64,000 bases of DNA from Octopus sinensis (GCF_006345805.1 NC_042997.1:66340001-66404000); one strand, 5' to 3'. Positions 41,019-53,904 are shown, counted from the stretch's first letter. Notes: generated by a model from the letters alone, not told the origin. Numbers and translations are program-made.

Positions 41019-41284
41019 TGCAATATTTTTGCTGCTTTTTAATAAAGTATATATATATATATACACACATACACACACACACCCTTGACTTGCTGTAAAA
41101 TGGGAAAGTAGCAGACCTAGATGAAATCACACCCAAAGCACTTGAAGAAGACATCTACATCTACTGACCCCCTTCTGTACTGAGAGGGTGGAGTATGAGC
41201 ACAAGGCAGAGTGCTCCATTATTGCCCAACTTTTCTTTGACGCCCCCCTGGAATTTCCACTGCCCCCATTTTTGGAACCACTGC

Positions 41285-41670
41285 TTTAGAAGAACCCCAT
41301 TTTGGCCACTTGTATTTGCAGTCATACTTTTTCAATTATTACCCAGCATTCATGATTATAGGTGAGGATAGGCACAAAACCAAATTGAAGATAGCATGCT
41401 TGGCTTTTTTATCCTCTCAAATGCTGGAACTGGCGCATTAATCTAGCATCAAGTTCAGCCTCCTACCTCTCATCACGCATGAATATGGCCCCATCCACTT
41501 GCCTTGTATATGTTTCCATTAACATGCAAACTGCACTGGGAAGATTTTCTTGAGAGGACCAATGTCTCAGTGTTTTCAACTCTTCATTGACTTCAAAAAC
41601 GTCTTTGATTGTACTGGCAGGAAAGTGAGTTGAGATCTGTTCCAGCACTTTCATTAATGTCATTCAAAAG
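41285..41670 (-). mobile_element. Rex3-like RTE-clade LINE RT remnant
   Basis: Minus-strand pieces TETLVLSRKSSQCSLHVNG, AIFMRDER*EAELDAR, KAKHAIF and VPILTYNHECWVMT resemble the EAMVLSRK, FTSEGRMEREIDRR, KAKLSIY and VPTLTYGHELWVMT motifs as I recall them. Confidence 0.6.
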
Positions 41671-41729
41671 CTATACAAAGAAACCTATTGTCAAGTAATA
41701 CATAATAAAAGATTGTCAGAATCCTTTAA

Positions 41730-41936
41730 CCCTATCGTTACTATTTTTCTATTCAAATACATTGTCTGCATTTCAATTAATTTCAAATATAATAAATAAT
41801 TTTGTCATAATTAAACTAGTATTTGGAACTTAAATTAGCATAAGATTACAATGAAGATTTCAATTTAGATGACATTAAGATGGGAATTTTTTTCATAGAG
41901 CATGAGGAAATTTCAAGTAGGTTGGTATCAAAAGGG
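41730..41936. mobile_element. piggyBac-type MITE
   Basis: TTAA-CCCT... at left and ...AGGG-TTA(T) at right. A related reverse-complement copy lies near 16570-16780. Confidence 0.5.
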
Positions 41937-43247
41937 TTATATTAAATGTTAGGTTGAACTACTGATGTCTATTATTAATTGTGATTATGTTGATAACATT
42001 TGAACAGGTGATGCTTAAAATTATGCAGTTCAAAAGAGTAGGCATATAATGAGTATAAAGCAGGTGCAAGAGAATCTACCCTTTGTGAATGACATTTGTC
42101 AGACACCCAGAATGTTCTGCTCGGGCAAAAAAAAAAAAAGAAAAGAAAAAAAATCGGGCTAAGAGAGGTAATTATGAAAACCAGATAAACTAACAGAGTT
42201 ATCATTAAAAATCAGTCTGAGGGTTATAGCTGAAGAAGACAGAGATCATGAAAATTCAAAGTAATAACTATGAATCTGTCTTTGTATCTTTGAAGAATTG
42301 TGTCTATCTGCAAGTGAGGATATAGAGTGAGACTTGGAAAAGCTCATCAAGTCTGTCAGTAAGGTAGAAGCTCTGTGTTCATTTTCTGGTGCCTGTTTGT
42401 TCGAAAAAAATTGTTTCTCTTGTTTCCCAACATGTCAAACAGGAGTAACTATAACATCCAACACATTTTCTTTTTCAGCAAACCATTTCTGTTGACTTTT
42501 ACTCCAAGCAGCTATGAGAAACTTGACAGCTGTGTTGTTAAGTTCTTGTAATTAAATGTAAGATATACATGCATACATATGTATATTTATGTGCACGCAA
42601 GTAGGTGTGCATAAGTATGTATGTATGTTTTTTTGCGTGTATGTGTGTGTGTGTGTGTGTGTATAAAGTGCTAATCTAGGAACAAAAGAGAAGAGGTTCT
42701 CCCAAAGTACCTTATATCTGTCTTTCCAGGTGACTATTTTCAAGGTTTTGTTTTCTTTCTGTCTTATAGTGGAGATCATAAATGTTTTTATGTGATATAA
42801 AATCTTAACCATTAATGTACAATATAATGTGTAATTATATATATTTACATGCGCACACACACACACACACACGCTGTTTATTTACAAGCAAAGTGAAACT
42901 CAGTTGGAATTGCTACTTGGAATGTAAAGAGTTGTACAAAGTATTGCAAAACTGAGAGAAGCTTCTTGTTGTGTGTGTGCACACATATGTGTACACACAT
43001 GGGTGAGAAAGAGAGAGAGAGTGAGAGAACTGTATGAGTATAAATGTGTCTGTGAAGTAAGAAATGTGTGTGTATATGTACTGCTTGTATATATGTGTGC
43101 AATCACTTTGAATGTGATTTTTTGTATGACCGCACATATAGACTATGTGCGTGTGTTTGTATCTGTGTGTGTGTGTGTATGTATGATATAGGGAGATAGA
43201 TAGATATGTGTATACAGATAGATATGTATGTATATAAATATATATAT

Positions 43248-45212
43248 CATCATCATCATCATCATCATCGTTTAACGTCCGTTCTCCATGCTAGCATGGG
43301 TTGGACGGTTCGACCGGGGATCTGGAAAGCCAGAAGGCTGCACCAGGCTCCAGTCTTATCTGGCAGTGTTTCTACAGCTGGATGCCCTTCCTAACGCCAA
43401 CCACTCCGTGAGTGTAGTGGGTGCTTTTTACGTGCCACCTGCACAGGTGCCAGGCGAGGCTGGCAACGGCCACGGTCGGATTGGTGTATTTTATGTGCCA
43501 CCTGCACGGAAGCCAAACGAGGGGGTGCTGGCATCGGCCACGAGTCGGATAGTGCTTTTTACGTACCACCAGACCAGGGATCCTGGCTGGTTCAATTCGA
43601 TTTCGATTTCGCTTGCCCCAACATGTCTTCGCAAGCAAGGGGGTTGGCATGGGTGCCTGTCGTACGGTCAGATTGGTGTATTTTACGTGCAACCGGCACG
43701 GAAGCCAGTGGAGGCGGCGCTGGCATCAGCCACGAGTCGGATAGTGCTTTTTACGTACCACCAGACCAGGGATCCTGGCTGGTTCAATTCGATTTCGATT
43801 TCGTTTTCGCTTGCCCCAACATGTCTTCGCAAGCAAGGGGGTTGGCATGGGTGCCTGTCGTACGGTCAGATTGGTGTATTTTACGTGCCACCGGCACGGA
43901 AGCCAGTGGAGGCATCGGCCACGAGTCGGATAGTGCTTTTTACGTACCACCAGACCAGGGATCCTGGCTGGTTCAATTCGATTTCGCTTGCCCCAACATG
44001 TCTTCGCAAGCAAGGGGGTTGGCATGGGTGCCTGTCGTACGGTCAGATTGGTGTATTTTACGTGCCACCGGCACGGAAGCCAGTGGAGGCGGCGCTGGCA
44101 TCGGCCACGAGTCGGATAGTGCTTTTTACGTACCACCAGACCAGGGATCCTGGCTGGTTCAATTCGATTTCGCTTGCCCCAACATGTCTTCGCAAGCAAG
44201 GGGGTTGGCATGGGTGCCTGTCGTCGGATGAGGTTCTATATCGACTTCGCTTGCCTCAACAGGTCTTTGTGTCCAAGGGAGGAAAGGCATTCATAAGTGG
44301 GCTGGGCTCACTTGTCCTGCCTGGTCTTCTCACGTACAGAATATTTCCAAGGTCTCGGTCGCTGGTCATTTCCTCAGTGAGGCCTAAAGTTCGAAGGTCA
44401 TGCTTCACCACCTCGTCCCAGGTTTTCCTGGGTCTACCTCTTCCACGGGTTCCCTCAACTGCTAAGGATTGGCACTTTCTCACACACCTATCTTCATCCA
44501 TTCTCGCCACATGACCATACCAGCGCAATCGTCTCTCTCGCACACCACAACTGATGCCTCTTAGGTACAACATTTCTCTCAAGGTGCTAACGCTCTGTCG
44601 AGTATGTACACTGACATTACACATCCATCGGAGCATACTGGCTTCATTCCTCACGAGCTTACGCATGTCCTCGGCAGTCACGGCCCATGTTTCACTGCCA
44701 TGTAGCATGGCTGTTCGTACACACGCATCATACAGTCTGCCTTTTACTCTGAGCGAGAGGCCTTTAGTCACCAGCAGAGGTAAGAGCTCCCTAAACTTTG
44801 CCCAGGCTATTCTTATTCTAGCAGTTACACTTTCAGCGCACCCACCCCCACTACTGACTTGGTCACCTAGATAACGGAAGCTATCAACTACTTCTAGTTT
44901 TTCCCCCTGGAAAGTGACGGAAGTTATTTTCTGCAGATTTTCGGAGGTTAATGCTCCAGAGCATTTGCCACATACAAAAACTATCTTCCCAGTTAGCCTA
45001 CCTTTGACATTGCTGCACCTCTTATGTGTCCATAGCTTACACTGGGTACATCTTATAGAGTTTCTACCTACACCTTTTCTACAGATCGAGCAGGGCCATC
45101 TTCCTGAAGACATTTGTGGATTGTCTACCTTCCTACTTATTAGTACTTTGGTTTTAGCTAGGTTGACTCTAAGGCCCCTCGATTCTAAACCCTCCTTCCA
45201 CACCTGGAACTT
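43248..45212 (-). mobile_element. Young 5'-truncated RTE LINE: intact 315-aa ORF end (44256-45203) and 3' UTR with 4-copy tandem expansion
   Basis: Uninterrupted WKEGLESRGLRVNLAKTK...FRYLG...AMLHGSETW...RLRWYGHV...GRGRPRKTW. (GAT)n tail at about 43248-43268. CpG-rich. Confidence 0.93.
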
Positions 45213-45217
45213 ATATA

Positions 45218-45391
45218 TTTAATAGAGGTCACAAAAGTGACAGAGGGTACTGACCAGCACCAGCTATTGTTAGAAACAAGAGTTGAAACAACTCAAAAGC
45301 ACTGTCTTAATGACTGATAAGTGCTTTTGTGGATTTTGAATTAACTCTTATTTCTAGCAATAGCTGGTGCTGGTCAGTACCCTCTATTAAA
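45218..45391. repeat. Inverted repeat, 43-bp arms with 2 mismatches
   Basis: 45242-45284 versus 45343-45385, an inner CAAAAGCACT/AGTGCTTTTG pair and an outer TTTAATAGAGG/CCTCTATTAAA pair. Confidence 0.85.
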
Positions 45392-45437
45392 TTTGCCTTT
45401 AGGTTCAAATTGCTAATAAGCTACCTGTTTAATTTGT

Positions 45438-45479
<42 letters not shown>

Positions 45480-46679
45480 CATTTATATATATCGTTGCTA
45501 TTATGCAAAAGTGTCATAAGTCCTAAACGTTACTTTTTCAGAAAAGGAAAAAATAGTTTTACCATTCCATAGCAAAACTGTACTACACTTTGACAATTTG
45601 TGATATCTTGGCATCTGAAGCAGCTGGAGATATAGTTTGAACAAAAGAACCAGCTATTGCAAGCAAAAATAAATATTGAAAAGTACACATTTGACCAAAT
45701 TTGGACATTTGACCAAATTTGGACATTTGACAGTTTAACAGAATAGCAACTGTGTGTGTATATACATATATATGTAATACTAACCAGTCGTGAAATTCCG
45801 AAGTCACTTTCAATTCATTTATTAATAAGATGTGAATACTTTAATGAGTATTTTCTTCAGTTAATAATGTTTGCAATTTTTATACTTGCTAAATCATCCT
45901 TTCATTATGTGTGTGTGTTTATATAAATGTTTATATGTACACACATATATACATAATATACATAGGGAGTGGGGTGTAATCCAGGTAATTAATTAATAAA
46001 CAAGTGGGACATGTAGAGATGAATGGCACCTTTCACTTGAGTAATTTTTTAAAGAAAGTCGAACATCGAAAACATGCTGCTGTGACCTGATTGAATCCAG
46101 TTCAATATAAAATCAAATTGCAAATGAGAATTCACCGCCGTCATAGTAATGAGCAGCATGGCATAAACCGAAGGAAGCAGTATTGGCAAAGCAATGGGGC
46201 CAAGATAGAAAGTGGTGGGGAATGGCTGGTAATAAATTAATTTATTTATTATTTTTTTTCTCTCGGAGGTAAAGGGAGCATTGCAGAATCCTTGCTGAAT
46301 CAAAAGACATACACTTTGAACTTAAGATGCAGAGCTGTAAGCAGCTTGATGGTATCTGTTACGGTCGGCTGATATATCATATAGGTTGTGTTTGATATAT
46401 CAAGTTGCTGATCAATACTAAAGTGTGTTTGGTGTTTGTAGGTCTGTTGTGCGTGACAGTCAAAAAACGGTTCCGCAATTAGATAAGTACTTCCCTTGTT
46501 GCTGCTCTTGCTATTGCTCACTTGCTTAGTTCGTTTATAATTAAGAATTAGGGGAAAGAGTAATAGAGAAAGAGAGAGAGAGAGAGTGAGGAGAAAACTA
46601 ATAACTATAACTCCTACTACTAGTGATGATGCTATAGCAATAATAACTACTAGTGCAGCTAGCACTACTACTAGTGATT

Positions 46680-47020
46680 TGGTTTCAAATTTTGTCACAA
46701 GGCCAGCAATTTCAGGGAAGTGGACAAATCGATTACATTAACTTCCAGTGTTCAACTGATAATTATTTTATCAACCCCGAATGTAAAGACAGATGAAATG
46801 CTGGTTTCCAGCTTGGGCACAAGGCCAGCACTTTCAGGGGAGGAGTAAGTCGATTACATCAACCCCAGTGCTCAACTGATACTCGTTTTATTGACCCTGA
46901 AAGGATGAAAGCAAAGTCAACCTCAGCAGAATTTGAACTCAGAATGTAAAGATGGATGAAGTACTGCCAAGCATTTTGCCCGGCATGTTAATGATTCTGC
47001 CACATCACCACCTTACTACT
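46680..47020 (-). mobile_element. Two tandem fragments of the 17502-type SINE
   Basis: CACAAGGCCAGCA..TTCAGGG..GATTACAT..CCCAGTG..CAACTGATA occurs twice. Confidence 0.75.
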
Positions 47021-47389
47021 ACTACTAATAATAATAATAATTTTACTTTGACTTTTAATCCCTCCAGGATTAATGCAATATGAAGGGCATCCAGCTGTAG
47101 AAACTCTGCCAGATCAGATTTGAGTCTGGTGCAGCTATCTGGTTCACCAGACCTCAGTCAAATCGTCCAGCCCATGCTAGCATGGAAAGCGGACATTAAA
47201 CGATGATGATGATGATGTATCAGTCATTTAGTTTGGAGTGGAAGGAATGAGTCAACTGACTATACTCATTTCGCCTCTTACTTCCTTGCCTTGCCAATGT
47301 AAGAATTTGTTCTTTCAACCCATACAAGTATGAAATCTTGACATTAAATCATGATGATGATTTTATATACATGAAGGGTAAAGGATAAA

Positions 47390-47720
47390 GGGTAAGGATA
47401 AAGATACCCTTCAGTCATGAATGACCATGGGATTGCACCTAGAAAGTTACCCTCTCGGGCACAAGTCCGGGCAAGGTTGTTTGTTGAAGATCAGCTGTCG
47501 TTCATGCATATCAGCCTCCCCTCTCCACACCACTGATGTTATCCAAGGGAAAGGCAACGGCTGATACAGCTTGGCACCAGTGAATGTTGCAACTCATTTC
47601 TACAGCTGAGTAAACAGGAGCAACGTGAAATAAAGCGTCTTGCTCAAGAACACAACACACAGCCCAATCTGGGCATTGAACTACTTATTTCATGACTGTG
47701 AACTCAATGCTTTTATCACT
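47390..47720 (-). mobile_element. tRNA-derived SINE (16830 family)
   Basis: Shares CTTCAGTCATGAATGACCATGGGATTGCACCTAGAAAGTTACC and TTGCTCAAGAACACAACACACAGCCC. Confidence 0.75.
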
Positions 47721-48379
47721 GAACCATACACCTTCATACATAAATACATACTTTGTTTTTGTATCTGGTCTGCAAGATTCTTTATGTAGATTTGTGTGTT
47801 GAAACAAACTTTGTTGTATCTGGGGAAAGTCATTATGCCAATATAATTAACACACACACTGGTTCAATTCCACTCATTTATTAGATATCTGATTGTTTTG
47901 TTTATCAAAGCACTGAAGTAACAATGAAAGAACTTAGACAAACAAAAACTAAACAACTGGATATTTAACCAATTGACTAATAATAAAGTGGAATTGTGTG
48001 TGTGTTAATTATATTGGTATAATGACTCTCCCGAGACAAAACATAAATGCATACCAACCGATGCCAGCATGGAAGGCAGATGTTAATTGATGATGATGAT
48101 GGTGGTGGTGGTGATGATGATGATATATTTTTTTTAATTTTGTTTGAATATTCACATTTGTATCATATTTGTTTTTGTCACGGTCCCCAACATTCGTTTG
48201 CTATTCCCAGCAGCTTCTCGCAGCTGATGCCACCAAAAGTGAACAATATCATTATTAAAAGTGTGAAATTGTAAAAATATTTTGGACAATAACTGATGAG
48301 GAATTAGCAATGTCCTGTCTTATGTGTGAATTTTTCATTTATTCCTTTATGTTACTGTTTAAATTTTGGAACTTATTAC

Positions 48380-48380
48380 A

Positions 48381-48439
<59 letters not shown>

Positions 48440-48852
48440 TATATATATTATATATATATATATATGTATGTATGTATGTATATATGTATGTATGTATGTA
48501 TATATACATGTATGTATGTATATATACATGTACATATATATATGTATATATATATGTACATACATGTATGTATATATATATGTACATACATGTATGTATA
48601 TATATATATACACACATACATATATATATACATATATACATACATATATATATATACATATATACATACATATATATATATACATACATATATACATATA
48701 TATACATGCATATATACATATATATATATACATACATATATATATACATATATATATACATATATATATATGTATATATACACACACACATATATGTATA
48801 TATATGTGTGTATATATATGAATGCATAAAAGTGTGTGTATATATGTATGTA

Positions 48853-48883
<31 letters not shown>

Positions 48884-48909
48884 GTGTGTGGTGTGTGTGT
48901 GTATATATG

Positions 48910-48958
<49 letters not shown>

Positions 48959-49001
48959 GTGTGTGTATATGTATATTAATATGTATGTATGTATATATAT
49001 A

Positions 49002-49032
<31 letters not shown>

Positions 49033-49097
49033 GTGTGTGTGTATATGTATATTAATATGTATGTATGTATATATATATGTGTATATATATATATGTG

Positions 49098-49158
<61 letters not shown>

Positions 49159-49160
49159 AC
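48380..49160. repeat. About 780-bp compound (TA)n/(CA)n/(TG)n microsatellite
   Basis: Directly visible. Confidence 0.95.
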
Positions 49161-49461
49161 AGAAAAGGGGGACTTTTGATTATCTCCACATGGTGAGTTG
49201 TAACATATATAAGGAATTAAAGAAGGAAAATGCACACACTTTACATTGTTTTAATATAATTTTTAATATATTGACTGGTTTTGCTTTTGCTATTCATGAC
49301 ATTAAGACTTAATTATTTAAATACGTATTTTCTTAAGAAGAAATTTTTTGGTCCATGTTGTGTGTGATATTTTTGAGTGAATGATACAAATAGTAGAAAA
49401 ACTAAGGGAAGGTAATTGGTTATTATTATTGATAACTGTTCAGCTTTTGGTAGGGGGTGAA

Positions 49462-49494
<33 letters not shown>

Positions 49495-49556
49495 TATATG
49501 TATATATATGTGTGTATATATATGAATGCATAAAAGTGTGTGTATATATGTATGTA

Positions 49557-49587
<31 letters not shown>

Positions 49588-49613
49588 GTGTGTGGTGTGT
49601 GTGTGTATATATG

Positions 49614-49662
<49 letters not shown>

Positions 49663-49705
49663 GTGTGTGTATATGTATATTAATATGTATGTATGTATAT
49701 ATATA

Positions 49706-49736
<31 letters not shown>

Positions 49737-49801
49737 GTGTGTGTGTATATGTATATTAATATGTATGTATGTATATATATATGTGTATATATATATATGT
49801 G

Positions 49802-49862
<61 letters not shown>

Positions 49863-50165
49863 ACAGAAAAGGGGGACTTTTGATTATCTCCACATGGTGA
49901 GTTGTAACATATATAAGGAATTAAAGAAGGAAAATGCACACACTTTACATTGTTTTAATATAATTTTTAATATATTGACTGGTTTTGCTTTTGCTATTCA
50001 TGACATTAAGACTTAATTATTTAAATACGTATTTTCTTAAGAAGAAATTTTTTGGTCCATGTTGTGTGTGATATTTTTGAGTGAATGATACAAATAGTAG
50101 AAAAACTAAGGGAAGGTAATTGGTTATTATTATTGATAACTGTTCAGCTTTTGGTAGGGGGTGAA

Positions 50166-50196
<31 letters not shown>
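48781..50196 (+). repeat. 704-bp direct tandem duplication
   Basis: 48781 onward repeats at 49485 onward. The ORF track gives identical 77-aa ORFs at 48822 and 49526. Confidence 0.9.
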
Positions 50197-51603
50197 AAAA
50201 TTTGAAAACTAGTTTAGGGAGATGTATGTACAGTGATGTAATCATGAATTAAGATATGTAAAGATATCAGAGTTGGTGTATATTTAGATGTGTTCTGAAT
50301 TTTCGATAAAAAAGTTTATTTAATCATTCTTATAGAGAAGTTGTATCTTTGCACTGGTAGAAAGGGAAGACTGAAATTTGGTTTCTTTGTGTTCACTTAG
50401 AGGAATTTGTATTGTGGGAACCAGATCTGCTCTTTATGTAGAGTGGTTCTCCATCTCAAAGTCACACTCCTCTGTCCAATATAGTGTTGTCCACAATCCA
50501 AGCAGGTTATTACATAAATTAGGTTCTCAGAGGCACAAGTGAAACTGGTTTCAATTGTGAATCTCTCTCCTTGTTTGAAAAGGAAATCCAAGCCTTCAAG
50601 TAGGCTGGGGCATGTTCCACAGTTTGGGCGTCCGCATTTTTAACCATTAGTTTCGTGGTTGTTTTGTAAAGCTTCACATTTGTTAGAAGTCTCTTTAGTG
50701 ATTTGTGATGCTTTTTGCATTTGATGAATTTATGCGTTTTCAGATTGTTGTTCATTTTTGGATTTCCAGTTAGTAAAGGGAGATTTTGCACAATAGTGTT
50801 GTATGCCTCACTGTTTCTAGAGTTGTGGGTTGATATAAATAGTAGTGTTTTGACATGAGGTGTGGTTTTATGCTTTGTTGTCCTTAGAGTTTTTATGTCT
50901 AATTTTTTGGTACACTTAATTCCCTCGTCTGTAAGTGAGGGTGGATATTGTCTTTCAGTAAGCGTTGTTTTGAGGTCTTGAAGACGAAGGTCCTGAGTAG
51001 TTCTATCAGACACTATTGTGCAAATCCTTTTTGCCAAATTAAAGGGGATATTTATTTTGATGTGTTTCGGGCGGCATGAGCTAAAGAGGAGATATTGTTT
51101 CGATTCCATTGATTTATAATAGATGTCAATTATAATTTGATAGTTGACCTTTTTTTGTCATGATGTCCAAAAATGGGAGCTGTTCTTTGTTATATTCCAT
51201 TGTGAACTGAATGTTACTATTTATATCATTTAGTGTTGATTTGAAGCCCAAGAGTTTACCAATGGTCTCCTTCCAAATGATAAAATAGTATCTTTTCTAG
51301 TTTTCTCTTATGTAATGGTAAAATGGGTTTGCAAGATCAGGCTGCTTTCATTCCCATTGCATTTCCGCAAATAGTATGTACCATCAAATAGGAAATGATT
51401 GATCTATAATTTTTCTACTGTTCGAATCATTCACTCAAAAATATCACACACAGCATGGACCCCAAAATTTCTTCTTAAGAAAATACAATTTTTATATAAT
51501 CAAACCTTAATGTCAAGAATAGTGAAAGCGAAACCAGTCAATATATTAAAAATTATATTAAAAGTATGTAAAGTGTGTACATTTTCCTTCTTTGATTTCT
51601 TAT

Positions 51604-51605
<2 letters not shown>
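49860..51605 (-). mobile_element. 5'-truncated Penelope-like element with terminal repeat at the 3' end and an inverted copy at the 5' end
   Basis: Minus strand NIQFTMEYNKEQLPFLD, SKQYLLFSSCRPKHIKINIPFNLAKRICTIVSD (50519-51109) and FTCASENLIYVITCLDCGQHYIGQ (GIY-YIG, 50397-50591). 51400-51605 is the reverse complement of about 49900-50105. Confidence 0.85.
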
Positions 51606-51684
<79 letters not shown>

Positions 51685-51687
<3 letters not shown>

Positions 51688-52220
51688 GGTGTCCCCAAAA
51701 AATGTATACACAGACTGCAACAGTCTGTCATGCCAAGCATTAGAGAGGACTTTGAACAGGAAGAGTTTTATTTCCAGCAAGATGGGGCACCTCCACACTA
51801 CCATCGCGATGTTAGATCCTTTCTTGATGGGATCTTGCCAAACAGGTGGATTGGACAGAGAGGTTTTGTCGAATACCCTCCACGTTCACCAGACCTCACA
51901 CCACTAGACTTCTTTTTATGAGGATACCTAAAGGACAAAGTCTACGCACAGAAACCTGCAACAGTCGTTCAATTGAGGGCAACCATTGAACATGAATGTA
52001 CGAATATCCCAAGGGAATTGTTCCATGATGTGTGCCATTCCATCGCTTCGCGTTGTCAGCAGTGTCTGGAGCAGAACGGACATCAGTTTGAGAACATGCG
52101 ATAACAAGACAATAGAATGATATTTGTAAATTCTTTTACATGTTGAAAATTATTCGAATTATAATAAACCCCAAATTTACAATTATTTAAGGTGTGTATA
52201 CATTTTTTTGGGACACCCTG
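51685..52220 (+). mobile_element. Internally deleted DD41D (rosa/Visitor-type) Tc1/mariner element
   Basis: 27-bp TIRs CAGGGTGTCCC(C/A)AAAAAATGTATACAC flanked by TA. FQQDGAPPHY...PPRSPDLTPLDFFL has 41 residues between the Asp residues. Confidence 0.88.
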
Positions 52221-52224
52221 TATA

Positions 52225-52400
52225 TAGGTGCAGGCATGGGTGTGTAGTAAGAAGCTTGCTTCCCAATCACATGGTTCCAGGTTCAGTCCCACTGCATGGT
52301 ACTTTGGGCAAGTATATTCTACTATAGCCTTGGGCAAGCCAAAGCCTTGTCAGTAGAGTTTGTAGATGGAAACTGAAAGAAGCTTATCGTGTATTTATGT
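52225..52400 (+). mobile_element. tRNA-derived CORE-like SINE 5' half
   Basis: GGTGCAGGCATGG..GTAAGAAGCTTGCTTCCCAATCACATGGTTCCAGGTTCAGTCCC. Confidence 0.75.
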
Positions 52401-53904
52401 GTGTGTTTGTGTTAGTTTCTTGACCTTGACAACATGTGATAGCTGTAATGCAAGCGATGTCCTTCACTTCCAGTTTTCCATGAAACATGTCTGGTCACAG
52501 TGAAATATCACCTCACTTGGGAACAAAAGGTAAGGGTTGGTGATAGAAAGGAATCTAGTCATAGCAGAAAATGTCACAACCAATTCTCTTTGACCCATGT
52601 ATCCATGTGGTCATTAAAACAATGATCTTGATGCCTTAGTCAGATAAAAAAGGACAGCACCTACAACCTTTTACAGGGGTCACCAAGACTACTTGTAGGA
52701 GGTGGAGTCATTTTCATTAGAATGAAAGCCTGGCCCAAATGCTTGCAGCAGTGTGGACCCAGTAGATTCACCTCAAAGGTTTGGTTACACCACTTACCTT
52801 GTAACATAGATTTAGAAATAAAACAATGGAATAAAGTATTGGCTTTTACAGTGTATGTTGCTACTGGAGTTTCATTTCAAATAAATAAGACATGTTTAGC
52901 ATAAAAGTAAAATCCTCAGTTGGCTGTGCCTTAGATAAAACCAGTTTTCCTCTCTATTCTGAATACAATGAGCTTTGTCTTTCATTTGTTTGGAGTCAAT
53001 AAAATAAGTATCTTTAATATACTTGAGCTGATTCAATTGACTCTATCCTTGCCTTTACAAAAGTTGCTCTTATGCCAAATCCAAAGAAATCAATATTTTG
53101 TTTGGAAAAAGCAACAGTTGGCTTTATTAGGAAATCTTTAAAATGTGTTGAAGGTCTGGCTGTGTTGTTTTCTATGTCTTTCTTTTTTTCTATTCAATTC
53201 AATTTTGTATTTCGTTTGTATTTTCGTTGTCTTTTGTTTGATGTAGGTTTACAAATTTTATTGTTGTTTATTTTTTTTTGATTTTCATTATTTATTTGTT
53301 TAAATTATCAAAGTTTTTCATTTCAGTTTTATTTATTGTTTTTCTTTTTGCTTTTTGTGGAGTTTATTTTTATAGCTTAGTCTGGAAAGAAGAACCAGTG
53401 CCCATCCTTTCTCAGACTAGGCTGAGGACATGGATACTTTTGATGTTCAGCCTGAGTTTCTGCTTGGCAGGAATATCATAGGTTTGCAGTTGTAGGATAA
53501 ACAGTAGATAAATTGTTCATAAGATAACAATTAGAAGGACTTATGTAAGAGTGAGGGCACCCAGATTTTTAATTTAAACTGTTGTGATTTCAGTAACAGA
53601 AACTAAGAGAGTGTGTGCAAATGGTTATTGTTGTTGTCATTGTTGTTGTAGTTGCCATTGTTACAATCATTGTCATCACTATCGTTGTTATTTAACCCTA
53701 GGTTAGTCCTCATTGAGCAAACATATGATCAAATATACAACAGCCATGACTATCTCATTTGGTTCCAGGCATTGTATAGTCTGGACTATATTATGCTATA
53801 TATCCTCCACTGACCTGAAATTGGAGAGGTGTATTCTGTATAATGGTACTTATTACATGAAAAATTTTATTATAGAGAGGTGTTTAAGAAAGAGAATGTG
53901 AAAG

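Noticed and set aside
43288-44514. 408-aa + strand ORF
   Set aside because: Antisense read-through of the RTE 3' UTR tandem array.
48285-48330. CTGATGAG as another hammerhead, also CTGATGA at 3793
   Set aside because: No correctly placed GAAA plus NUH, or no stem I. At best these are relics.
48310-49939. Long ORFs of 113-289 aa (YIYI/THT/VCV-rich)
   Set aside because: Translations of TA/CA/TG microsatellites, which lack stops in some frames. The same applies to similar ORFs near 10100, 15600, 21250 and 37900.
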